From IMG/VR virus record IMGVR_UViG_3300009177_000720: a stretch of 64,000 nucleotides of DNA; one strand, written 5' to 3'. Position 1 is the first letter of the stretch, and every line of letters begins with the position of its first letter. Below are positions 37,808 through 46,489 of this stretch, piece by piece. Under the pieces are notes generated by a model. It saw only the letters and a program-made list of their open reading frames with translations. It did no database searches and was not told the DNA's origin. Source of the DNA: a virus. A program made the position numbers and the translations under genes.

Positions 37808-38440
37808 TTAGTTGGCATCTTTACAGCAACGTGCGCCCACTTCATAAGAAGCAAACTTTGGAGAATGATTGCGCACCACGAACCCACAACCCTGAGGGCC
37901 AGCCATCGTTCCATACCAAAATGAAGATTCGAAGGCATATCCGCCATTGCCGAGAGGATCTTTGACCCATTCCCTAACATTTCCAATCATATCATAGACA
38001 TAATAGTCATTTTCATCAGTATAGCAGGCATCTTTGCTGCCACTGGGAACGCCTTTATATAAAGTTCGGGCGTATTTCTTCCACTCAACAGGGTCCGACA
38101 TGCGAGACCAGTCTACTGGAATGTATTTACTTGACACATTATCATTGCAAGCGGCCTTCTGCCAGGAAGAACCATACCCATAAGATAAGTTTTTGGGTCC
38201 TTTGCAGGCTGAAACCCACTCATTATGAGTACATAATCGTTTTTCTACACCTTGACACAAGGCTTCGGCTTGAAAAGCGGTGAGAGCAAAGTCTGGTTGA
38301 GCGCCAAATTGGTTGGGCCATTCGTATCTATCAATGCAGAAGTTGCCATTTTGGATGTGTACCATTCCTTCTGGGCAAGAAGGTGATGATTGTAGGCTGG
38401 CCCACAACGAAAAAATGAATACACCAAACAACTTTTTCAT
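37808..38440 (-). CDS. formylglycine-generating enzyme (SUMF1/FGE) domain protein, secreted
   Basis: CPEGMV, FCIDRYE, KRLCT..EW..AC, VYDMIGNVREW, GARCC. Confidence 0.85.
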   Translation of the reverse strand: MKKLFGVFIFSLWASLQSSPSCPEGMVHIQNGNFCIDRYEWPNQFGAQPDFALTAFQAEALCQGVEKRLCTHNEWVSACKGPKNLSYGYGSSWQKAACNDNVSSKYIPVDWSRMSDPVEWKKYARTLYKGVPSGSKDACYTDENDYYVYDMIGNVREWVKDPLGNGGYAFESSFWYGTMAGPQGCGFVVRNHSPKFASYEVGARCCKDAN

Positions 38441-39300
38441 ACAAACATTCCACAAGAAGCTTTCACATCAAACCCAACACGCGGAATCATCTGCACCTTA
38501 GTGCTAAATCTAAATCTATCTGTAATTAGATTTAGATTACGATCAATAACTTCTTCTGAACTTTCAACTCCTTGGTCAGGAGATGCCGTATTGTATCGTA
38601 CTAAATTGAATTCACAAATAAGATTGTGTCTTTCAATAGCATCGCAAACATTATTTACCTCTTCGACTGAGTCATTCTCTCCAGCAATGAAAGCATAATG
38701 AATTTTTACTATTTTCTTAGAGAAATCCTGATAATCCCTCAACATTCTTAGGGCCTCATCAGAGTCCATAGCGGCCGGCATCCAATCTTTACGCCACTTT
38801 GAATTAGTAGAATAGATAGAGTAGTAGATTGTTGGGTTGATGTAATTGAAAATGTCTGACAAAGATTTCTTCAAAGATACTGGCATGATAGTAGAGATGT
38901 TGAATTTGGCTGGAAGACCTTCTCCCTTGGCAACTTGTCCCAGCTTTTGCAACAAATCATCGCCCGAATCTAACAAAATCTTGTTAGCTAGCGGTTCACC
39001 TCTTGCCATAAAGTTGTAATGCATGTATTTCGCGGGCTTCGTTTCCTTACGATAGTGCTTAAAGACTTGAATGGCCTGTGCCACAAAGTCATTATGACTA
39101 GAATCAATGAAGGATGTCTGGTCGGTTGCGGTCAAGTGACAGAAAGTACAGCCACGATTGCACCCCGTCTGTGAAGATAAGTAGGCAATAAAGTAATCGT
39201 CACACTTCCTAACGAAGCGTGACTCTAGAAATCCAACTAACTGTTCTTCAACAAAGTTGACCGAATGATCTATTTGAGAATTCAAAACCTTTAAGGACAT
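38437..39300 (-). CDS. RlmN/Cfr-like radical SAM protein (paralog 2)
   Basis: SSQTGCNRGCTFC, FMARGEP, G.NDS, NLVRYN, DVKASCGMF. Confidence 0.82.
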   Translation of the reverse strand: MSLKVLNSQIDHSVNFVEEQLVGFLESRFVRKCDDYFIAYLSSQTGCNRGCTFCHLTATDQTSFIDSSHNDFVAQAIQVFKHYRKETKPAKYMHYNFMARGEPLANKILLDSGDDLLQKLGQVAKGEGLPAKFNISTIMPVSLKKSLSDIFNYINPTIYYSIYSTNSKWRKDWMPAAMDSDEALRMLRDYQDFSKKIVKIHYAFIAGENDSVEEVNNVCDAIERHNLICEFNLVRYNTASPDQGVESSEEVIDRNLNLITDRFRFSTKVQMIPRVGFDVKASCGMFV

Positions 39301-41174
39301 TATTTCACCAAATCAAGGAAGTCTTCTTCAGAGATTAAGGTTGTTCCAAGCTTTCTCGCAGCCTGGGCCTTGGAGCTTGTACTGTTTGGGTCAGCAATGA
39401 CCAAGTAAGTGAGTCCTTTGCCCACTGATCCTTTGACATCCGCTCCTTGATCAGCCGCCATCTTCTCCAAAACAGGACGCTTGGTCTTCATAGACCCGGT
39501 GAAACAAATAGATTTACCAGTAAGTGTACCATGAATCTTGTCTTTAATCTTCACTCCATTCTCAATAAGAGAAAGAATGACCTGTTGATTGTGCTTAAGA
39601 CCATCCGCCAGGAACTTAGCTTTGGTAGGACCGACACCAGGGACCTGTTCAAACTGAGATGCACCCAGTTGCCCGAACCGTTCCAATGTATCACAACCAG
39701 CATTCATGATGGATTTGATGGTGCTTTGACCAATCATAGGGATACTGAGGGCGCCAAGGAAGACTTCCAGCGTGATTTCGTTGTTAGCCCAAAGGATATC
39801 CAGACATTTCTTGGCTGTCTTCTCTCCCAAACGATCCAAATCAGCAATATCATCTACCTTAAGTAGGTAAAGGTCTGCTACGTTCTTAATCTTCTTGGCA
39901 TCCACCAACTTCTCAACCAAGGTATCACCCCATTCGAGTAGGTTCAGTTCCTTGGTCCAGTTCTTAATACGGCCAATGATCTGGGCTCGACAGTGTTCAG
40001 TGTTGGTACAAACCAGATTCTCACCGTCCATCTTGGTGAAACCGCCACACTCAGGGCAATGCTTAGGGGCAGAAGCCACCTTGCCCGTGCCCTTCACAAG
40101 TTCTTCGATTCGAGGAATGACATCGTTGGCTCGGGCGACCAAGACGGATGCGCCAATGTCTAGCTTTAGCTCCTCAATATACGACATGTTGTAGATGCTG
40201 GCTCGTGTAACCGTTGCACCAACCAATTGAACCGGGTCAACTACAGCTACCGGAGTGATTCTTCCACTGTTACCAACCTGCCAAATGATATCTCGAATGA
40301 TTGACTCACGAGCTTCGTTGTCAAACTTGAATGCAATGGCACCTTTAGGTCTTAGATCCTTTTCGCCCAAAGCAATCTGCTTGGCCATATCGTTAAGACG
40401 AATGACTAAGCCGTCAATATCATAGTCTAAACCTTCTCGGTCTTTGTCTTGGTACTCGCGCCAATGCTTGTTGACCTCATCAGCCGTAGCAAAGGTCCAG
40501 AAGTTCGGGGTATTGAACCCGTTGTTCTCAAGCCAATTGAATTGCTTGGCCTCAGTCTTGAAGTCCACATCCCCAAGTACCTGATAGAACAGAATGTCTA
40601 GGTGTTCCACGCCCACACCATCCAGCCTCTTGCAGGTTCCGGAGGCCGCATTACGTGGATTAGCTTTATCAGCAAAGTATTTCTTATGAATACTCTTCTT
40701 CATGATGATTTCACCACGAAGAGATCCGGTAAACTTGTGCTTCAAATGGGAATGAACGCCTCCCATCTTGACCACATTGACCGTAACATCTTCGCCCGTC
40801 TCACCATCACCACGAGTAATGGCTTGGTGGAGGCTACCCTCTTCATAAATCACTTCGATAGAAAGGCCGTCAAGTTTCTCGGTAACGAAAAGCTTCTCAT
40901 CACCGGCCATGTCCTTAGCCCACTTGGTTAGTTCAGCAGGAAGATTGACCTTATCCAAAGACCCCATTGGAATCTGGTGCTTAGCTTTCTTCCATTCGGA
41001 AGGGACAACTGGCGACCCAATTGCCGTTACAGCCTTGCTGGTAGGGTCCAACAGGCGCAATTCGTCAACCCAAGCATCAAAAATCTTATCCGATACTGTC
41101 GGAGTACCGTTGTAATAGTCATTGCGGGCCTGGAAAATCTTGTTTTCGAGTTCTTTGATACGATCTTTCGACAT
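39300..41174 (-). CDS. ligA: NAD-dependent DNA ligase
   Basis: KLDGLS, TRGDG, NPRNAASG, DIDGLV, Zn finger, HhH, BRCT. Confidence 0.96.
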   Translation of the reverse strand: MSKDRIKELENKIFQARNDYYNGTPTVSDKIFDAWVDELRLLDPTSKAVTAIGSPVVPSEWKKAKHQIPMGSLDKVNLPAELTKWAKDMAGDEKLFVTEKLDGLSIEVIYEEGSLHQAITRGDGETGEDVTVNVVKMGGVHSHLKHKFTGSLRGEIIMKKSIHKKYFADKANPRNAASGTCKRLDGVGVEHLDILFYQVLGDVDFKTEAKQFNWLENNGFNTPNFWTFATADEVNKHWREYQDKDREGLDYDIDGLVIRLNDMAKQIALGEKDLRPKGAIAFKFDNEARESIIRDIIWQVGNSGRITPVAVVDPVQLVGATVTRASIYNMSYIEELKLDIGASVLVARANDVIPRIEELVKGTGKVASAPKHCPECGGFTKMDGENLVCTNTEHCRAQIIGRIKNWTKELNLLEWGDTLVEKLVDAKKIKNVADLYLLKVDDIADLDRLGEKTAKKCLDILWANNEITLEVFLGALSIPMIGQSTIKSIMNAGCDTLERFGQLGASQFEQVPGVGPTKAKFLADGLKHNQQVILSLIENGVKIKDKIHGTLTGKSICFTGSMKTKRPVLEKMAADQGADVKGSVGKGLTYLVIADPNSTSSKAQAARKLGTTLISEEDFLDLVK

Positions 41175-41215
41175 GTTCAATCACCTATAACGGGCGGGGC
41201 AAGTGCGCTCCAGTT

Positions 41216-41243
41216 AAAATAAACACTAAAAATAACAAGTCAA
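41216..41243 (-). promoter_or_regulatory. sigma70-like promoter TTGACT-N16-TATTTT
   Basis: Intergenic, upstream of ligA. Confidence 0.5.
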
Positions 41244-41265
41244 CCTGGCACGGAACTTGCAGGAA

Positions 41266-41946
41266 TCACTTTTTCTCTTCAATAATAGTAATTCCACCAA
41301 CAATAGTGCCGCCAGTTCTCTTTGAATCCTCTTCAGAAAACTGAATGAAGAAAGAATAGCTTTCAACTAGCTTACGAATTTCATCTCTAGCCGCTAAAAC
41401 TACCGAATGATATTCCGGTGGAGCGATACTTACCATCTTATCAAAGATAGGAAAGTATTTTTCTCTGGTTTCCTTGAGTTGTTTCTTTTGAAATTCAAGA
41501 GTTGTTCCTGGAACCATAAGAGAACGAAGGTTATCTAAGCGGTCGCAGGCTTTGAGTACCAGAACTTTCCAATTATGACAGTTATTAAGTCTGTCAATAT
41601 AGCCCTCTTTAGGTACTTTACTTAGCATCTTAACCATAGATACCACATTGGTGCCGAAAGAGTGCTCTAGAAGTTCGGGAGTTAAGTCAGCACAATCCTC
41701 AAGAGAGTCATGAAGAAGGGCCGTGATGATCATATCACGGTCCATAATCTTCAATTCATCCATTAAAACGAGAGCGACCCTTCGAACATGCTCGAAATAA
41801 CGAGTCGGCTTACCTTCGGTAAGCTCCTTTCTAGTCTGAGCACGATGTCCAAACTTAGCCAGGCAGTATGCCAGCTTCACGTCAAGCTGGTCGGAAGGTG
41901 AAAAGTAAGGTCTCAATCGAGCTTGAAAGGTTTCCTTGTTCTCCAT
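41266..41946 (-). CDS. HD-domain small alarmone hydrolase (SpoT/Mesh1-like)
   Basis: H..Q.RK, YFEH..RVA, ALLHDSLED, KACDRLDNLR. Confidence 0.85.
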   Translation of the reverse strand: MENKETFQARLRPYFSPSDQLDVKLAYCLAKFGHRAQTRKELTEGKPTRYFEHVRRVALVLMDELKIMDRDMIITALLHDSLEDCADLTPELLEHSFGTNVVSMVKMLSKVPKEGYIDRLNNCHNWKVLVLKACDRLDNLRSLMVPGTTLEFQKKQLKETREKYFPIFDKMVSIAPPEYHSVVLAARDEIRKLVESYSFFIQFSEEDSKRTGGTIVGGITIIEEKK

Positions 41947-41948
41947 AA

Positions 41949-42260
41949 TTAGTCTTCTTCTGGTTCCTCGGGTTCTTCTCTAAACATTTGTACGGCTTGG
42001 TCGTAAGTCAAGCTCAATTTCTTGAGCAAAAAACGTACCATATCACGATCAGTGACCGATTCTTTTCGACAAAGAATACAAGTAGTAATTTCTTCAAGAA
42101 AATCATCATCAGATGTTTCATCATCTGACTCTTCTTGAATCACTTGTCTACCACCGCATTTATTAGAGCAAAAATGCTCTCCGCATTCACAGCTAAAATA
42201 ACTACCGCAATCTGGAAAATTGTACCCACAATTGGCGCAAGTATAGAAATCAACACCCAT
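41949..42260 (-). CDS. Cys-rich hypothetical protein
   Basis: Multiple CxxC motifs. Confidence 0.6.
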   Translation of the reverse strand: MGVDFYTCANCGYNFPDCGSYFSCECGEHFCSNKCGGRQVIQEESDDETSDDDFLEEITTCILCRKESVTDRDMVRFLLKKLSLTYDQAVQMFREEPEEPEED

Positions 42261-43327
42261 TATCTTACCTCAACTTTTAGCTCTTCAATGATTCTTTTTC
42301 TAATGGCCTTCTGAATCTTATCAACTTCAGAGTTTTTAAGGGTGCCGTCCATAGAACGATACACGATTCTATAACACCGAGAGTCGCGCCCCTTGCTTCG
42401 GAACTCGTCAATCAATGTTATAGATTCGACAAGGTTGTTCTTATCCTCATCCCTAGCGATGGCACATAAGTCATTGTAGGAGAATTCTGGGCTGGTGAAG
42501 AAGGAAATATCCTTGTAGCATATCTCGTACCTAGAGAACGGCTTGAATTTAGTAATTTGTCCTGCCTTGAATTGGTCCAAGAAGCGCCTATCGGTACTCC
42601 AGAACAGTCGAATGTCTGGAATATCGAACATGACCATAGCTAAACGCTCAATACCTAGGCCGAAAGCCCATGCCTGATGATTGGCAAGACCTAAATCTGC
42701 CATAATATCAGGGTGTACAGTCCCAGCTCCCAGGATCTCAAGCTGTTTTGTTTGACCTTCCATCTTGAATTCCACGCTAACTTCCAATGAATCTACCGTG
42801 AACGGGAAGTAAACATCCTCATGTTCCGAGTCTTCCAAGAATTGATATGAGGTATTGTCCCCGAAAAGGTGCTTAACCAGCCCCGAAAGCCTATTTCTGA
42901 GGTCTTGTTTAACGTCTACACCAGGCGGAACAATACAGAAGGCATCTATTTGATGGAATACTGGGTAATGAGTAGCATCAATAGAGTCTTTTCGATACAC
43001 ATCACCACATGTAATGTACTTAAGTTGACTACGACCTGTCTCCGACTTACCCATGGGATATAGATAACAGGTCATATGAGTGCGCAATACCGTATTTTCA
43101 TCCTTATAGAAGGTATCCGTAGGACTTCTAGATGGATGATCTTTAGGTACACGCAGCTTATCGAAGTTGTAAGCCACTGGAACATATGGATTATCTATTT
43201 CAATTTTAGTCAAATCAGAGAAGTAATCGAATACTTTGTCTTTAACAATAGAAATAGGGTGATTATCCACTTTATATAAGCATCTTTCTACCTTAGTAGA
43301 AATGCTTGGGGGAATATTGTTTTTCAT
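42260..43327 (-). CDS. phenylalanine--tRNA ligase, monomeric organellar type (catalytic + FDX-ACB)
   Basis: NFD.L....HPSR...DTFY, GDVYRKD.ID.THYPVFHQ, YFPFT, AFGLGIERLAM, DIRLFWS; C-terminal KDISF...S.CYRI.YRS anticodon-binding domain. Confidence 0.92.
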   Translation of the reverse strand: MKNNIPPSISTKVERCLYKVDNHPISIVKDKVFDYFSDLTKIEIDNPYVPVAYNFDKLRVPKDHPSRSPTDTFYKDENTVLRTHMTCYLYPMGKSETGRSQLKYITCGDVYRKDSIDATHYPVFHQIDAFCIVPPGVDVKQDLRNRLSGLVKHLFGDNTSYQFLEDSEHEDVYFPFTVDSLEVSVEFKMEGQTKQLEILGAGTVHPDIMADLGLANHQAWAFGLGIERLAMVMFDIPDIRLFWSTDRRFLDQFKAGQITKFKPFSRYEICYKDISFFTSPEFSYNDLCAIARDEDKNNLVESITLIDEFRSKGRDSRCYRIVYRSMDGTLKNSEVDKIQKAIRKRIIEELKVEVR

Positions 43328-43344
43328 AGTGCCTATATTCTATC

Positions 43345-44094
43345 TTAGACATACTGCCCAATGTAATTTCTATCTTGTGAGAAGATAGGTATTTCGTTGT
43401 CGGCAATCCACTCGCTGCGCTCGGCCTCGAATATCTCACCGGTTTTGGGGTTTTTACCTTGTTTGATTTGCTTGGTCTTGACAATACAACGCCCACGTTT
43501 TTGAGGAGTTGGACAGTTGTTCCAGTTGATACCCTTTTGGAAACACATTTCCTGTAATTCAGAGTTAACCTTTCCAATTAGCTCTTTGTGAGAGTAAAGG
43601 GTTCTTGCCAACATTTGAACCGAGTTCCTGGTAGCGTCCTGCTGTCTCCAAATGAAGTAGTTAACTACTTCCTCTTTGGGAAGAACAAAGACACGACTAT
43701 CGAAGAAAGCCAGTTTGTTGATGCCTCCCCAGATACGGCCAGACTGAGCGGTAAAGACTGCGGAAGCCATAGCAGCAGAAATGCTGGTCATTTTTTGTAA
43801 GTTGTTATCAAACCAGGACTGCGTATCAAGGGTTTGGTAGTTGTTCAATAACAACGAAATCTCATCGGATTGAACATAACCCACTTGACATCCTTGTATG
43901 TTACGGCAGAGATATTTGGCAGTTTCGTCCATAACGTAAACAAGGTTCTCGTCTACTGGACGTTTACAGCCCCTAGTATAGGTGTGGAATGCTTTCCCAT
44001 CAATACGAAGGATGACGGGCATTCTGTTAGGTAGTGAAGTTCGATAGCAGTCCTCATAGGACTTCATTCTATCGCCAAGGTTATCATTTGACAT
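43345..44094 (-). CDS. thg1: tRNA(His) guanylyltransferase Thg1-like 3'-5' polymerase
   Basis: RIDGKAFHT, YVQSDEISL, FDSR, YFIWRQQDA.RNS. Confidence 0.93.
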   Translation of the reverse strand: MSNDNLGDRMKSYEDCYRTSLPNRMPVILRIDGKAFHTYTRGCKRPVDENLVYVMDETAKYLCRNIQGCQVGYVQSDEISLLLNNYQTLDTQSWFDNNLQKMTSISAAMASAVFTAQSGRIWGGINKLAFFDSRVFVLPKEEVVNYFIWRQQDATRNSVQMLARTLYSHKELIGKVNSELQEMCFQKGINWNNCPTPQKRGRCIVKTKQIKQGKNPKTGEIFEAERSEWIADNEIPIFSQDRNYIGQYV

Positions 44095-44731
44095 CGTAGT
44101 ACTCGTTGTATAATTTTACAAATGGCGTATTCTCTCCCTTGAGAGTAATCGCAAAATTTTCAGTGAAACCAGTTGCTAGGTAAGCTTGACATTCATCAAC
44201 ATAGACTTTGGAAGCGTATCCAATTCTCTTTAATTCTTTGTAAATGGCGCTGCGGAACTTTGGCTTAAGGGCCTTAACTAGTTTAGTCATTTCCTTTTTA
44301 TACTTAGGTTGAGTATAAAAGAAACCATGAGCTATTTCATGCCTCATTGCAAACTCTTGGCCTACCGCTCCAATAACATAAAACTTACCATCTGGGTATT
44401 GTTGGCGACATCTATCGTAAACAAACTTCATTTCGTAATCATAAATGTTTCGGTCTAGAATGCCGTTATCCCAGATGTCTTTAATTACTTGCCCTGGAAT
44501 ATTGAAGCCGGCCCAGTCAACACCATAGGTGAAGGCGCCTTTGCCATACTTCTGAGAATACCATTCCATGAACGCTAACAGGTCAAATGGCTTGCCTCTA
44601 AACTTCGGATTGGGAGATTCATAATATTCTTGATATCTCAAAAACGTCATGTTGCAATCGTATTGATTTTTGAAATCAAGAAAGAAGATTCTGGGCTTAA
44701 CTTCGATAAGTTTATATGGGCTTTTCTTCAT
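44084..44731 (-). CDS. hypothetical phage protein (HExxH motif)
   Basis: RYQEYYESP, HEIAH, DE.QAY. Confidence 0.7.
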   Translation of the reverse strand: MKKSPYKLIEVKPRIFFLDFKNQYDCNMTFLRYQEYYESPNPKFRGKPFDLLAFMEWYSQKYGKGAFTYGVDWAGFNIPGQVIKDIWDNGILDRNIYDYEMKFVYDRCRQQYPDGKFYVIGAVGQEFAMRHEIAHGFFYTQPKYKKEMTKLVKALKPKFRSAIYKELKRIGYASKVYVDECQAYLATGFTENFAITLKGENTPFVKLYNEYYDVK

Positions 44732-45222
44732 TTGAGCACCTGAAGTTTAGTTAGATACTTGGGGCAAGTGCTGCGATGCATGGGCCACAAACCAAGAACG
44801 GTTTCGGAACCGGGATCAATCTCGGTCAGGCCAGCATCGATTACCACGATATGTGTGGGCACTTCTTTCTTCATTCGCTCGAATTGATGATCATTAGCTC
44901 GCAAAGTAACTTTACGAAATGAGGTATCAAGCCAAGTTTCAAACAGGTCTAGCTTTTGTTCGAGTTGTTCTTTGGGCATTTCGCTTTTTGTAAAGAAATC
45001 AGAAACTATCTTTCTGAATCTAACCCAAAGAGATGAGACTTCGGCCTGCCTTGTCTTCTCATGAAAATACTTGAGAGTAAGCATCTGAGATGCGTGAGCA
45101 CATTGGGCAGCCGTTTTGCCGGGACTCATTCCCAATGATTCCTTAACAATCAAATACATTACGATAGGGTCAGCCTGACTAGCTCGCGCTGCCATGGCCT
45201 CCGGTGAATTGCGGTCTTCCAT
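44728..45222 (-). CDS. peptidyl-tRNA hydrolase, Pth2 type
   Basis: MSPGKTAAQCAHA, KVTL, DAGLTEI.PGS.TVLG. Confidence 0.9.
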   Translation of the reverse strand: MEDRNSPEAMAARASQADPIVMYLIVKESLGMSPGKTAAQCAHASQMLTLKYFHEKTRQAEVSSLWVRFRKIVSDFFTKSEMPKEQLEQKLDLFETWLDTSFRKVTLRANDHQFERMKKEVPTHIVVIDAGLTEIDPGSETVLGLWPMHRSTCPKYLTKLQVLK

Positions 45223-45228
45223 AACTTA

Positions 45229-45256
45229 ATCCTAACCATTTATATAGGCTAGTCAA
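45229..45256 (-). promoter_or_regulatory. sigma70-like promoter TTGACT-N16-TAGGAT (leaderless mRNA predicted)
   Basis: -10 box ends 6 nt before the Pth2 ATG. Confidence 0.55.
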
Positions 45257-45275
45257 CTTTCTTAATTAAGAAAAA

Positions 45276-46463
45276 TTAAGAATAATCGGTTTTCCAAGGC
45301 GGAAAGCCCAATACTATAAATCTGTCCAAAGTAGATGCGGCTTGAAATTGTGTTCTCGCCAAATCGCCGTAATCAACCGCTGGTTGGTAAGCTGGATGAT
45401 ATTTGAGATTCTGTTTGCAAGTTACAATTATACTAATACCATTTCCACCAAATAGAAACAACCTATCATAAATAACAGCCAATTGAGATTGTGTAATATC
45501 TCCAGGTACATTATGTAATGTATCAATCCAATTAAAAGGAGCTGAAATATTACATCTCAATATTCTAGTTAAATAATCTTGGGTACCTGTGAATGCACCC
45601 TGGGTAAATAGATAACCTTTAGATCCTATAGTTGCAAATTGGCTGTAGCAAATCTCATATGGAAGGTATCCACCAATACCCCAAAGGGTTGGCGCGGTTA
45701 GAAGGGCTCGATAGATGTTCTTGGTCGGAGAATCCTCTTTAAACAGTCCTCCAAGCAGAACGACATACCCATCCATAACTCCCAAGGTAGAACCGTATAA
45801 CTTATCTGGGAGCGTTTGTCCCGTATCAGTCCAGGTGAGCGGGTCACTGATAGAAGCTTGGAAGATGACATTGGTAGCTTCATTCAAATCATGGCCGCCA
45901 AATAGATACAAATAACCATCGGCTAATAGCAATTGTGATTTGTGTAGCTCACGAGGCAGACATGAGCCCATATTGGTCCAGTCTAAAGGATTGCTACGTG
46001 GGGCTCTGTAGATGGTATCTACGGCTAAGTCAGCTAAACCGCCAATTAAATAAATGTACCCATCATCTGGGTCAACAAATTGGGCCCCGGACAGAATGGT
46101 CGGTAGGGTAGCACCCGTATCTATCCAATCGGCTGGACTATCTAGAGAAGCTCGATAGATGACATCAGTTACTTCACCACCAAACAGATATACGTATCCA
46201 TCTAAAATGGCTAGTTGACTGTTGCTAACGGCTTCAGGAAGGGCTCGGAAAGTTAAATCCCACTCTAATGGAAGTGGTAAATTAAAATCCATAACATAAC
46301 CATCAGGGATTTTGTAGGTAGAAATATCTACAAAAGGCTCTGGGCCGGATTTTAATCCAGTATAATAATACCCATCTAAATCAGGGGTATCATTCACAAT
46401 CCATTGTCTGTATTGCGTGGGAGATGAATTGACATCTCGTCCAACCATTTTGTAGCGTACCAT
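45276..46463 (-). CDS. Kelch-repeat beta-propeller protein
   Basis: Repeated YVYLFGG...IYRA...W.DTG.TLP units (about 6). Confidence 0.85.
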   Translation of the reverse strand: MVRYKMVGRDVNSSPTQYRQWIVNDTPDLDGYYYTGLKSGPEPFVDISTYKIPDGYVMDFNLPLPLEWDLTFRALPEAVSNSQLAILDGYVYLFGGEVTDVIYRASLDSPADWIDTGATLPTILSGAQFVDPDDGYIYLIGGLADLAVDTIYRAPRSNPLDWTNMGSCLPRELHKSQLLLADGYLYLFGGHDLNEATNVIFQASISDPLTWTDTGQTLPDKLYGSTLGVMDGYVVLLGGLFKEDSPTKNIYRALLTAPTLWGIGGYLPYEICYSQFATIGSKGYLFTQGAFTGTQDYLTRILRCNISAPFNWIDTLHNVPGDITQSQLAVIYDRLFLFGGNGISIIVTCKQNLKYHPAYQPAVDYGDLARTQFQAASTLDRFIVLGFPPWKTDYS

Positions 46464-46489
46464 GTAGAATATGCTACAATATGACGAGA

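Noticed and set aside
39300-41174. Intein or intron in ligA (also considered for the helicase)
   Set aside because: Lengths are normal and motifs are contiguous
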